DNA of 60,151 nucleotides. Origin: Burkholderiales bacterium (lineage in GTDB: Bacteria > Pseudomonadota > Gammaproteobacteria > Burkholderiales > Burkholderiaceae_C). The position numbers were made by a program, and so were the translations under genes. Each line of letters opens with the position of its first letter. The first letter of the stretch is position 1. Shown piece by piece: positions 1 to 9,588 of this stretch. The stretch is taken from positions 1 through 60,151 of the forward strand of contig CANFYD010000001.1 of the NCBI GenBank assembly GCA_947450745.1, written 5' to 3'. Under the pieces are notes generated by a model that made no database searches, had not been told where the DNA came from, and saw nothing but the letters and a program-made list of their open reading frames with translations.

Positions 1-147
1 ATCGGCGGCTGCAAGGCGGCCGCAGCGGTCCATTTTTCACCGTCTTTTCGCCCCATAGCGGAGCTATGAAGCTTCAAATCCGGCAAAAACTGTCCTCGCT
101 GGGGCCACCTTTCGCTTGTCGCCGCCTTCTGCCGCGCAGACTCCTAG
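1..147. mobile_element. Right part of a putative MITE-like intergenic repeat (cut by the window edge)
   Basis: Internal palindrome CATAGCGGAGCTATG; ends in GACTCCTAG; similar to the GGGAGCCT...AGGCTCCC remnant at 49111-49149. Left end not visible. Confidence 0.35.
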
Positions 148-269
148 GTCACGCGGAATGACACGGAGCAAAACGGCCCGCCGGGCTGATCCCGCGCGCA
201 AGCTCACTACCCACAACGACCGCCAAGTGCAAAACAGCCGCCCCGAATACTCAGGGTAAACTGCGCGCT

Positions 270-430
270 GTCATTGGGGAGTAGTCGCTGCAGTTCGCTG
301 CAGGCCCGCGTCAACACACTTGGTCCTCACGACCATGGCGCGGGCAGTGCTCAACGGGGTTGGCGGTCAATAGTTCCGGCTGGAACGGGTTGACGCCAGT
401 CTGTTGCAAGCACCTGGCAAGACCTTTGAC
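270..430 (+). ncRNA. yybP-ykoY (Mn2+-sensing) riboswitch
   Basis: GGGGAGTAG near the 5' end, CGTCAACAC loop, GGCAAGACC near the 3' end; P1 GTCATTGG/CCTTTGAC; upstream of a TMEM165/GDT1 gene; TAAACT -10 at 257-262. Confidence 0.85.
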
Positions 431-506
431 CATGCACACCAGCATTGCGGCCGGTTTGTGCGTGGTCATTGGTTCTGTCGATTACGTTACCGGCCGCGAA
501 ACAAGC

Positions 507-1091
507 ATGGAACAAGCTTTTCTCGTCTCTACCGGTATCGTCGCCCTGGCCGAAATCGGTGACAAAACCCAGTTATTGGCCTTTTTGCTGGCCGCGCGCT
601 TTCGCAAACCGTTGCCGATCTGCCTGGGCATTTTCATTGCCACCATCGTCAACCATGCCGGTGCCGGTGCTTTGGGCGCCTGGATCACCTCACAAGTGAG
701 CCCGCAAACGATGCGCTGGGTGCTCGGCGTGGGCTTTTTGGCGATGGCCATCTGGACCCTGATCCCCGACAAGATCGACGATGAAGTCGAGGGCGGCGGG
801 CGCTTCAAGATGGGCGTGTTGGGCACCACCATCGTGGCCTTCTTCTTGGCCGAAATGGGCGACAAGACGCAGATCGCCACTGTGGCGCTGGCCGCGCAAT
901 ACCAGTCCTTCATCGCCGTGGTGATGGGCACCACGCTGGGCATGATGATCGCCAATGTGCCGGCGGTGTATTTGGGTGACCGCATGTCCGGCAAGATGCC
1001 GGTGCGTCTGGTGCACAGCATTGCCGCGCTGATTTTTGCCGCGCTGGGTGTCGCCACCTTGCTCGGTGCGGGGCAAAGCTTGGGCTTTTGA
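507..1091 (+). CDS. TMEM165/GDT1 (UPF0016) family Mn/Ca transporter
   Basis: Two EIGDKTQ/EMGDKTQ motifs; start placed at MEQAF, downstream of the riboswitch. Confidence 0.93.
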   Translation: MEQAFLVSTGIVALAEIGDKTQLLAFLLAARFRKPLPICLGIFIATIVNHAGAGALGAWITSQVSPQTMRWVLGVGFLAMAIWTLIPDKIDDEVEGGGRFKMGVLGTTIVAFFLAEMGDKTQIATVALAAQYQSFIAVVMGTTLGMMIANVPAVYLGDRMSGKMPVRLVHSIAALIFAALGVATLLGAGQSLGF

Positions 1092-1325
1092 AGGCAGTCG
1101 GCTAACACCGAAACCAAGGGCGGCCACGTGTAAAAAGTCATGGCGGCTGCGGCCCGCGATGCAAAAAGGCAACTGCCAGGGTTAGCACCAGGGAGCTGGG
1201 TAGCGCATTCGGAAGAAGAATGCGGCCATCGCACTTTACGGTGCGGAAACATTTCAGCAACGCTTGCTTGCAGGCGTGCTCTGTGAACCCCAGCCTCCCT
1301 GCTCCCCACCCCAAGAGGTTCGCCC

Positions 1326-4061
1326 TTGAAAACCACCCGACTTTGCACCGCCCTGGCCCTGGTTTATGCAGGCAGCCTGACACTTTTCGCCTCCAGCGCG
1401 CTGGCCCAGCAATCGCTGGATCGCGTCACGGTGACGGGCTCTTCGATCAAACGGCTTGACTCCGAAACGGCCTTGCCGGTGACGGTGATCACCCGCGAGC
1501 AGATTGAAAACAGCGGTGCCACCTCGACCGAAGAACTGCTGAAGCGGGTGTCGGCCAACTCGGCGATGTTCTCCGACAGCACGCAGGGTGCGGGCTACGC
1601 CACCTCGAACGCCAATTTGCGCGGCCTCGGTGCCAACTCGACGCTGGTGCTGTTGAACGGCCGCCGCTTGGCCAACCACCCGTTCGGCAACATCGGTGGC
1701 GCGGCCTCGGTGGACTTGAACAGCATTCCGTTCGCGGCGCTGGAGCGGATTGAAGTGCTGCGCGACGGCGCTTCGGCCGTTTACGGCTCCGACGCCATCG
1801 GCGGGGTGATCAACTTCATCACCCGCAAGGACTACCGCAACGGCGAAATCACCGTCCGCTACGGCAACACCGAAGCCAATATCGGCGGAGCCGAAAAAGG
1901 CGCTTCGCTGGCCGTCGGCTTTGGCGACTTGAACAGCGACGGCTTCAACGTCTTGCTGACCGCCAATGTGCAAAAGAACACCCGCTTGCGGGCGATTGAC
2001 CAGGGTTTCTACAACCGCGGCGTGACCGAAGTGCCGGGCTCCGACCCGCCGTCGTCCAGCGCCCCGTTCCCCGGTTTCATCGAAGGCCTGATTGCGCCCG
2101 GTGCCTACCCCGAACTGAATCCGGGCGCCAGCTTTGCGCCCTGCGCGCTGCCGTTTGCCTTCACCACGCTGAAGGGCGTGACGCCCAACGGCATGCAGCA
2201 ACGCGGCTGCCGCTTCATCTACGCGGCCACGCTGGACAACTTGCCCGACCAGGAGAAGGGCGACGTGTTCGGCCGCGCCACCTTCAATGTGTCGAAAGAC
2301 CATCAGCTGTTCGTGGAGGGCTCGTACGCCACCAACCACAGCATCGGCCGCATTGCACCGACGCCGATCCGCTACGGCTTTGGCCCTTTCAACGCGACCA
2401 AGTTCGACTTCGAGCCGGTGCTGATGCCGGTCACCAGCAAGTACTACCCGCGCGCCCTGCTGACCCAGCTCGGCTACACCGTGCCGGCCACCGGCATGGC
2501 TGAAATCGGCCTGCGTGCCGTGCCTGCCGGCAACCGCATCAACGACAACACCAACACGCAAGCGCGCTTTGTCGCAGGCTCCAGCGGCGTCCTGATGGGC
2601 TGGGACTACGACACCGCCATCAATGTGTCACGCGCCAAGGGCTTGCTGAACTACACCGGCTACATCCAGGAAGACCGGTTTCTGGCGGCGCTGGCGACCG
2701 GCAACCTGAACCCCTTCGGCCCCAGCGATGCCGAGGGCGACCGGTTGTGGAAGTCGGCCGCGATGGAGGGCGACATGCGCAGCTCCACCAGCACCACCAC
2801 CGCCTTCGACTTCAAGGTCAACAAGGAATTGATGGCGCTGGCCGGCGGCAATATGGCCCTGGCCCTGGGCACCGACCTGCGCCGCGAGGAAGCCAACGAC
2901 CAACCGCTGAACGCCGACTACGCGGCCGGCAAGCACATCGGCGGTGAAGGCACGGTGCCGGCCACCAAAGCATCACGCAACCTGACCGCCGTGTTCGGTG
3001 AGTTGTCGCTCCCGTTTGCCAAGGGTTGGGAGGCCTCGCTGGCAGCCCGCTATGACAAATACAGCGACTTTGGCTCCAGCTTCAACCCGCGTGCCTCGAT
3101 CCGCTTCCAGCCGACGCGCGAGCTGATGTTGCGGGCGGCGGCCGGTACCGGCTTCCGCGCCCCGACGCTGTGGGATGTGAACTCGCCCGCCTCGTTCTCG
3201 AACACCGCCGACACGGTCAACGACCCCGCTTGCCCGGTGCCGGCCGAGGTGAACGGCCGCTGCGCCACGCAGCTGCCGACCAAGTCGACCGCCGCCGCCT
3301 CGCTGAAGCCTGAAACCAGCCGCCAGCTGTCCGCCGGCGTGGTGTTCGAGCCGACGCGTGCGATGTCGCTGACCATCGACTATTGGGACATCAAGAAGAA
3401 GGACCAGATCGGCGTCATTGCGGCCGACACCTTGCTGACCAACCCGGCCTTGATGTCCCGCTTCGGCGACCGGGTCAAGCGCAATGCGCAGGGCTTCATC
3501 CTGTTTGTCGAAACGCCGGTGGACAACCTGGGCGACTTGAAAACTTCGGGCATCGACATCGACGTGCGCGGCCGGCTGGCGCTGAGCGACGGCGTGCGCC
3601 TCAACCTCGGCCTGACCGGCACTTATGTGGCCACCTACGACGCGCAGAAATACGCCGGCAGCGCCTACGGCAGCTTTGCCGGCACCGGCGGCGACGGCTC
3701 GGTGCCGCCAGTGCCACGCTGGCAGCACACGGCCAGCGCCGAATGGCAGTACAGCGCGCTCAGCCTGACGCTGGAGCATGTCTACACCCGCGGTTGGGTC
3801 GAGTCGGCCAGCTCGGTGGGGGCCAATATCGGCGTCGAAGTGGCTCACCGGGTCAGCAACAGCGACCGTTTCAACGCGGCCATGGCCTACAAAGGCATCA
3901 AGAACGTGACGCTGCGCTTGGGCATACGCAACCTGTTCGATGCCGAGCCGCCGTATGTCGCGTCCTCGTCCTACGGCTCGCATGCGGCCGGCTACGCCGC
4001 GTCCTTCACCGACCCGCGTGGCCGCTTCTGGTACGGCAGCTTGGGCTACCAGTTCAAGTAA
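1326..4061 (+). CDS. TonB-dependent receptor
   Basis: Signal peptide, RVTVTGS TonB-box region, plug motif ERIEVLRDGASAVYGSDAIGGVINFIT, C-terminal GYQFK; TTG start with upstream AAGAGG. Confidence 0.93.
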   Translation: MKTTRLCTALALVYAGSLTLFASSALAQQSLDRVTVTGSSIKRLDSETALPVTVITREQIENSGATSTEELLKRVSANSAMFSDSTQGAGYATSNANLRGLGANSTLVLLNGRRLANHPFGNIGGAASVDLNSIPFAALERIEVLRDGASAVYGSDAIGGVINFITRKDYRNGEITVRYGNTEANIGGAEKGASLAVGFGDLNSDGFNVLLTANVQKNTRLRAIDQGFYNRGVTEVPGSDPPSSSAPFPGFIEGLIAPGAYPELNPGASFAPCALPFAFTTLKGVTPNGMQQRGCRFIYAATLDNLPDQEKGDVFGRATFNVSKDHQLFVEGSYATNHSIGRIAPTPIRYGFGPFNATKFDFEPVLMPVTSKYYPRALLTQLGYTVPATGMAEIGLRAVPAGNRINDNTNTQARFVAGSSGVLMGWDYDTAINVSRAKGLLNYTGYIQEDRFLAALATGNLNPFGPSDAEGDRLWKSAAMEGDMRSSTSTTTAFDFKVNKELMALAGGNMALALGTDLRREEANDQPLNADYAAGKHIGGEGTVPATKASRNLTAVFGELSLPFAKGWEASLAARYDKYSDFGSSFNPRASIRFQPTRELMLRAAAGTGFRAPTLWDVNSPASFSNTADTVNDPACPVPAEVNGRCATQLPTKSTAAASLKPETSRQLSAGVVFEPTRAMSLTIDYWDIKKKDQIGVIAADTLLTNPALMSRFGDRVKRNAQGFILFVETPVDNLGDLKTSGIDIDVRGRLALSDGVRLNLGLTGTYVATYDAQKYAGSAYGSFAGTGGDGSVPPVPRWQHTASAEWQYSALSLTLEHVYTRGWVESASSVGANIGVEVAHRVSNSDRFNAAMAYKGIKNVTLRLGIRNLFDAEPPYVASSSYGSHAAGYAASFTDPRGRFWYGSLGYQFK

Positions 4062-4080
4062 CCCAGTCGGCCGCCGCGAA

Positions 4081-4114
4081 GCCCGACCCGGCCTTGCGCC
4101 CGGTCGGGTTTTTT
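4081..4114 (+). terminator. Rho-independent terminator of the TBDR gene
   Basis: GCCCGACC...GGTCGGGT stem followed by a T tract. Confidence 0.8.
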
Positions 4115-4162
4115 CATGATGATTTACAGTTCCGACCCGATACGGTCTGAAGAGAGAACCCC

Positions 4163-4714
4163 ATGTTGATCATCAAAAAACTGCTGCCCCAAGGTGCGGG
4201 CTTGGCACCGGTGCTGCTGAAGCGGGCCGGTGTGCTGGCACTGCCGTTTGCTGACCGCCAGCACCACGAGGCGAACTTGAGCGATGGCGACGGCACCGAG
4301 CTGGGCTTGCGCTTGGAGGTCGGCAAGACGCTGCGTGGCGGCGATGTGCTGGTCGCCGAAGACGGCTCGCTGCTGCGCGTGGAAGCGGCCGCCGAGCCGG
4401 TGCTGCTGGTGCGGCCGCCCGCCGATGGCCAAGCGCTTGACCTGCTGCGCCTGGCCCACCAACTGGGCGAAATGCATGTGCATATGGAGGCCCACGCCGA
4501 CCATTTGCGTGTGCCCGGTGATGCCGAGCTGGCCCAGTGGCTGGAACGCCAGGGCTTTGTGCTGGCCCCGGAAGTGGCCCCGTTCGACCCGCCGGCGCTG
4601 CTCAGCCAACTGCCGCAAGTGGTGGCCCATCGGCATGAGCAAGCCCATGACCATGGACATGACCACAATAGCCACGGCCATGTGCACGGCCCGGACTGCA
4701 ATCACGGGCATTGA
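4163..4714 (+). CDS. ureE: UreE-family metallochaperone (divergent, orphan)
   Basis: LRGGDVLVAEDG motif, UreE-like N-terminus, His-rich C-terminal tail. Confidence 0.75.
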   Translation: MLIIKKLLPQGAGLAPVLLKRAGVLALPFADRQHHEANLSDGDGTELGLRLEVGKTLRGGDVLVAEDGSLLRVEAAAEPVLLVRPPADGQALDLLRLAHQLGEMHVHMEAHADHLRVPGDAELAQWLERQGFVLAPEVAPFDPPALLSQLPQVVAHRHEQAHDHGHDHNSHGHVHGPDCNHGH

Positions 4715-4723
4715 ACAGCTGAT

Positions 4724-6406
4724 TCACTCAGGTGCCAGGCGCACGCAGTTGCGGCCGCTCGCCTTGGCCGCGTACAGCGCTTGGTCGGCGCGGATCAGCA
4801 CGGCCTGGGCATCGGCATCGCTGCCGCAGATCAGGCTGACGCCCATGCTGACGGTGATCTCGATGCAGCGCCCGCCGTAGGCCAGCGGGCTGGTGGCCAC
4901 GCGCTGGCGCAAACGCTCGGCCAGCAGCATCGCCTCGTCGCTGCCGGTGTCGAGCAGCAGCACGGCAAACTCCTCGCCGCCGGTGCGGCCGATAATGTCG
5001 AGCCGGCGCACCTGTTGGCTCATCAGCTGGGTGAAGTGGCACAGCACCGCGTCGCCCGCCGCATGGCCCAAGCTGTCGTTGACGCGCTTGAAATGATCGA
5101 GGTCAAGTGTCAGCACGCAACTGCGCATGTCGGGGTGACGCTGGATGCGCTCGACCTCGATGTTCAGCCGGTCCATGAAGTGGCGGCGATTGGCCACACC
5201 GGTCAGGAAGTCGGTGGTGGCCTCGCGCCGCAGCTGGCGCTCCAGTCGCACATGCTCGGTGATGTCCTCGAAGTTGGCATACACCTCGCTCAGCTGGCCG
5301 CCCTTGAACAGGGGCATCGCGCTGACCTGGATCCAGACACAGTCGCGCCCCGGTGCCAGCACGCCCATCACCACATTGGCCACCGGTTGCCCGGTCCTGA
5401 GCGCTTGCATGGCCGGATGATGTTCGGCGGGGAAGGCGCTGCCGTCTTCGTGGATGGTGTGCCAGAACGGGTCACCGATCGCCTTGCCGAGCAATTGCGC
5501 CATGCTGAGCCCGAGAATCCGCGCGGCCGCCGGGTTGGCCTGGGTGATGCGGCCGCCGGGCTCGTGATAAACCACGCCTTGCGGCACGGTTTCAAACAGC
5601 GTGCGGAAGGTGGCCTCGCTGGCCTTCAGCGCGGCATCGCTGGCGTGGCGCGCTGACACATCGGTCAACACGCCGGTCCAGATCAGATCGCCGTTGCCTG
5701 CCGATTGCGGCGTGGCCTTGGAATGCACCCATTTCAACTGCCCCGCCGGTGTGCGGATCTGGAACTCATGCTCCCAGCCGTGCCGGCCCTGGATGGCGGC
5801 CCGCAGCGACGCCTGATGCGCCGGCCGGTCGGCAGGCAAGATGCAGCGCAACAGCGAGCGGCTGTCGGCGCAAGCCTGCTGCGGCGTGACGCCGAACAAG
5901 GCCTCAACGCCAGGGCTGATGTAGGCATAGCGGGCGTGGCCGCTGTGCGGCGTCAGCAGCCGAAACATCGCGCCCGGCAACGAGGCCGCCAAGTCCAGCA
6001 GCAGCGCTGCACTTTGCCGCGACTCCCGCTCCATTTTCTTGCGCTGCGTGATGTCGAGCACATAGACCAAGCGCCGCTTGTGACCCTGGGCTTCGGGCAT
6101 GCGGGCCGAGTCGGTCAAGATGCTCAGCACCACACCGTCGTGCCGGATCACCTCCCATTCGCCACCCAGTTCGCCGCCCTCGTCCAGAAATCGCTGATGC
6201 CGCGCCAGCACCGCCGGGAATTGCACGGGCGGAAACACCAGGCTGAAGCTGCGCCCCAACATCTCCTCTTCGCGGTAGCCGTAAAGGGCGCAATAGGCCC
6301 GGTTGACGACTTCATAAATGCCCAGATAGTCGATCACGGCGATGCCGACCGGCGCATGCCGGATCAGGGCATCAAACTGCAGTGGCTCAAGCGTCTGGCC
6401 GGTCAT
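4724..6406 (-). CDS. Multi-PAS diguanylate cyclase
   Basis: Three PAS-like segments; DLDHFKRVNDSLGHAAGD and RTGGEEF motifs. Confidence 0.92.
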   Translation of the reverse strand: MTGQTLEPLQFDALIRHAPVGIAVIDYLGIYEVVNRAYCALYGYREEEMLGRSFSLVFPPVQFPAVLARHQRFLDEGGELGGEWEVIRHDGVVLSILTDSARMPEAQGHKRRLVYVLDITQRKKMERESRQSAALLLDLAASLPGAMFRLLTPHSGHARYAYISPGVEALFGVTPQQACADSRSLLRCILPADRPAHQASLRAAIQGRHGWEHEFQIRTPAGQLKWVHSKATPQSAGNGDLIWTGVLTDVSARHASDAALKASEATFRTLFETVPQGVVYHEPGGRITQANPAAARILGLSMAQLLGKAIGDPFWHTIHEDGSAFPAEHHPAMQALRTGQPVANVVMGVLAPGRDCVWIQVSAMPLFKGGQLSEVYANFEDITEHVRLERQLRREATTDFLTGVANRRHFMDRLNIEVERIQRHPDMRSCVLTLDLDHFKRVNDSLGHAAGDAVLCHFTQLMSQQVRRLDIIGRTGGEEFAVLLLDTGSDEAMLLAERLRQRVATSPLAYGGRCIEITVSMGVSLICGSDADAQAVLIRADQALYAAKASGRNCVRLAPE

Positions 6407-6621
6407 AGCACCTCCCCAGCTCCATCCTCGTCAGGCAAGGGCGGCAGGTTCCAACGGACCCAGGCCTGTGCTGCACAGCGAATCAGTCGCAGCGGTCTGC
6501 TCATCGACAGCCTCCAGTTCCGGGACGGTGTGGCGGATTTAACCCTGATTCTGCCAAACGCCCTTGATTTTCGACAGCTGGTGAGGTCGCGCCACGCGGC
6601 ACCCACGCCACAATCCGACCC

Positions 6622-7269
6622 ATGATCCAACTTCACTACTACCCCAGCAACGCCAGCATGGCACCGCACATCCTGCTGGAAGAAATCGGCCAGCCGTTCG
6701 AGCTGAAGCTGGTGCTGCGCGACCTCGACGAGCACCGCTCTGCCGCCTATTTGCAACTCAACCCGAATGGCCTGATCCCGGTGCTGATCGACGGTGATCT
6801 GGTGCTGTACGAAACGGCCGCCATCCTGCTGCACTTGGCCGACACCCATCCGCAAGCCGGCTTGGTGCCGCCGCTGGCCACGCCGGAGCGGGCGCAGTTC
6901 TACAAATGGCTGATCTGGCTGACCAACACCTTGCAGCCGACCCTGCTGGCCTATTACTACCCGGACCGCTGGGTGAACGCAGGCAATAGCGAGGGCGCAG
7001 CCCAGGTGAAGGCGCAAGCGCAAGCGCGTGCCGGCGGCTGGCTCGACCAGCTGGAAGCGCAGTTGACCAGCCACAGCGGCCCTTGGCTGCTGGGCGACAA
7101 CTACAGCGCGGTCGACGCGATGGCCTTCATGCTGTGCCGCTGGACGCGTGGCTTCGAGCGGCCGGCACGCAGCCTGCCGCAGCTCGGTGCCTATTTGCAG
7201 CGCATGCTGGACCGGCCGGCGGTGCAGCGGATGTTGGTGACCGAACAAGTGCAGCCGCCTTGGATTTGA
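6622..7269 (+). CDS. Glutathione S-transferase family protein
   Basis: LNPNGLIPVL...LYETAAI N-terminal GST motif. Confidence 0.9.
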   Translation: MIQLHYYPSNASMAPHILLEEIGQPFELKLVLRDLDEHRSAAYLQLNPNGLIPVLIDGDLVLYETAAILLHLADTHPQAGLVPPLATPERAQFYKWLIWLTNTLQPTLLAYYYPDRWVNAGNSEGAAQVKAQAQARAGGWLDQLEAQLTSHSGPWLLGDNYSAVDAMAFMLCRWTRGFERPARSLPQLGAYLQRMLDRPAVQRMLVTEQVQPPWI

Positions 7270-7282
7270 GCCGCTGAGCTGA

Positions 7283-7828
7283 TCAAGGCTGGCGCAGCCG
7301 GGTCAGGGTGGCCACGCGCTTGAGCAGTTCGCGGTCGTTCCAGGGCTTCTGAAAAATGCCGTACAGGCCTTGCACCTGGTGGACGCGGGCCTGCATATCC
7401 TCGTGGCCGGTGATGGCGATGATGGGCAGGTCTTCGGTGTCGAGATTGCCCTGCACATCGGCGATCAGCTCGAAGCCGTCCTTGTTCGGCATCTCCAGGT
7501 CGGTGATCAGCAGTTGATAGCGCTGCCCAGCCAGCCGCTCCAGCGCCTCCAGCCCGTCTTTGGCCAGCGTCACCTGGTAACCCGCGCCTTCCAGCAAACG
7601 ACCCAGCTTGGCGCGCGCCACCGCCGAATCGTCGACCACCAGCAGGGCGGCGGGTTGGGCAGCTTGGGAGGGTTCGGCGGGTTCCACGGCCTTGGCGGCC
7701 GCCAGCGCCGCCGGCCCCGCATCGTCGCCGCGCCGGCTGCCGATCAAGAACAGCACCACGGCCAGCGGCAAGGCCATCAGCAAGGGCAGCAAATACGGGC
7801 CCAACAGCTCGGGCAGGTCAAACGGCAT
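7283..7828 (-). CDS. Response regulator receiver protein with an N-terminal membrane anchor
   Basis: LLVVDDS, ITDLEMPNKDG and FQKPW receiver motifs; hydrophobic N-terminus; AAGGAG RBS. Confidence 0.85.
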   Translation of the reverse strand: MPFDLPELLGPYLLPLLMALPLAVVLFLIGSRRGDDAGPAALAAAKAVEPAEPSQAAQPAALLVVDDSAVARAKLGRLLEGAGYQVTLAKDGLEALERLAGQRYQLLITDLEMPNKDGFELIADVQGNLDTEDLPIIAITGHEDMQARVHQVQGLYGIFQKPWNDRELLKRVATLTRLRQP

Positions 7829-7960
7829 GGCAGCAGCTCCTTTGTCAGAGCGCTCAAGGGCGACCCCAACTGCCGCTCAATCTAACACCCTAAAACGGCG
7901 GCGCAACAGCGGAAAAGCCGACTCAAAGCCGGCCTTTCCATCGACCTCCGAGCTCAACAC

Positions 7961-9358
7961 TCAATCCAAAGGCCAGGCCCGCTGCGGCGACCGCAATTTC
8001 TCGAACTCGGCAGCCATTTGCAGCACGCCCAGGTCGTCAAAGCGGCGGCCAATGATTTGCAGGCCGATCGGCAGGCCGGCCGCCGTGTAACCGCAGTTGA
8101 TGCTGGCCGCCGGCTGCTCGCTCATGTTGTAGGGCAGGGTGAAGGCGATGTGCTCGAACGGCAGCGCCGGGTCATTCAAGGGGCTGGCCCATTCGGCAGC
8201 AAAGGCTGGCACCGGGCTGACCGGCGACAGCACATAGTCGAACGGCTGGCAGGCGGCCACCGCCGCATCGCGGAACGCGGCCATCTGGCTATAACCGCTG
8301 AACAGCTCGGGCGCGCTCAGCTCGGCGCCGCTGGCGATCCAGGCTCGGATGTAGGGCAGCACCAGCGCCTGCCGCTCGGCCGGCAGGGCCGAAAAATCAA
8401 GCCAGGAGCGCATGCGCCAGAAGTGATCCAGCCCGTTGATCATGGCGCGGGTGCTGAAGCCGGCCAGCGGCTGCAGCGTGGCACCGGCTTGCTCGAACAA
8501 GTGGGCTGCGGCCTGCACCGCAGCGGCCGTTTCGGGCTCCACCGGCAGGCCCCAACCGGCGTCCAGCTGCAAGCCGATCTTGAGACCCTTCAGATCGCGC
8601 TGCCGACGCAACCAAGGGATGTCCTGCACCGGCAAGCTGGTCGGGTCACGCCAGTCCGGACGGCTCAACACGCTCATCATCAGCGCGGCATCCTGCACCG
8701 TGCGCGTCATCGGCCCGGCCACCCGGCCGGCGTAGGCGGGCTTGATGGGAATACGGCCCAGGCTGGGCTTCAGGCTGAAGATGCCGCACCAACCGGCCGG
8801 CAGCCGCAGCGAGCCGCCGATGTCGGTGCCCAGATGCAAGGGGCCGTAACCGGCCGCCGCCGCTGCCGCCGCACCGGCGCTGGAGCCGCCGGGGTTCTTG
8901 CTGAAGTCCCAGGGGTTGCGCGTCAATGGATGAAAGCTGGACAGACCCGAGCTGAGCATGCCGTAGTCCGGCATCGTCGTTTTGGAGATCAGCACCGCAC
9001 CGGCTTCACGCAGCCGCGCGGCCGGCGGTGCGTCCTCGAGCGCCGGGCTCAGCACGGTGGCGGCGGTGCCCAGCGGCATCGGCGTGCCTTCGGTGGCGAT
9101 GTTTTCCTTCAGCGTCAGCGGCACGCCGTCGAGCGTCACGCCGCCGGCCATCAGCGGCTCGCCGCGCAACCAACGCGCTTCGGACGCGCGCGCCTGCGCC
9201 AGCGCGGCCTCCGGCTGGAAGGCATACAGCGCCTGCACTTGCGGCTCCCAGCGCTCGATCTGCGCCAGCACCGCTTGCAGCACCTCGACCGGGGACAAAG
9301 CCTTGCTGCGGTAGGCCGTCAGCAAATCAGCGGCACTGAGTGAGTGCAGCGCCGTCAT
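7961..9358 (-). CDS. Amidase signature family protein
   Basis: PLTLKENI, PGGSSAG, GTDIGGSLRLPA. Confidence 0.92.
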   Translation of the reverse strand: MTALHSLSAADLLTAYRSKALSPVEVLQAVLAQIERWEPQVQALYAFQPEAALAQARASEARWLRGEPLMAGGVTLDGVPLTLKENIATEGTPMPLGTAATVLSPALEDAPPAARLREAGAVLISKTTMPDYGMLSSGLSSFHPLTRNPWDFSKNPGGSSAGAAAAAAAGYGPLHLGTDIGGSLRLPAGWCGIFSLKPSLGRIPIKPAYAGRVAGPMTRTVQDAALMMSVLSRPDWRDPTSLPVQDIPWLRRQRDLKGLKIGLQLDAGWGLPVEPETAAAVQAAAHLFEQAGATLQPLAGFSTRAMINGLDHFWRMRSWLDFSALPAERQALVLPYIRAWIASGAELSAPELFSGYSQMAAFRDAAVAACQPFDYVLSPVSPVPAFAAEWASPLNDPALPFEHIAFTLPYNMSEQPAASINCGYTAAGLPIGLQIIGRRFDDLGVLQMAAEFEKLRSPQRAWPLD

Positions 9359-9588
9359 GACCGGGCCTCGGCGGGACAGCCAAAATGCAAGGAGGGTTGG
9401 CAGGGCATGAGCGTCTCCGGTCGGAATGGGTGGCTCATCATGCCCGCTGATGGGTTGATGGGCGGATGAGTTGCAGTTATGGCACCAGCGTCAGCCTGCA
9501 TGGCTCGCCGATGTCAAAGCGCCGTAGAGTCAGCGCCACCGCACACCGCCTACTGCCCACTGCCCACCTCTTCGGACTCTTCATCGCC

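Noticed and set aside
360-506. N-terminal extension of the TMEM165 ORF from 360
   Set aside because: It overlaps the riboswitch; family similarity starts at Met 507
4163-4714. Urease operon
   Set aside because: No structural or other accessory ure genes in the window
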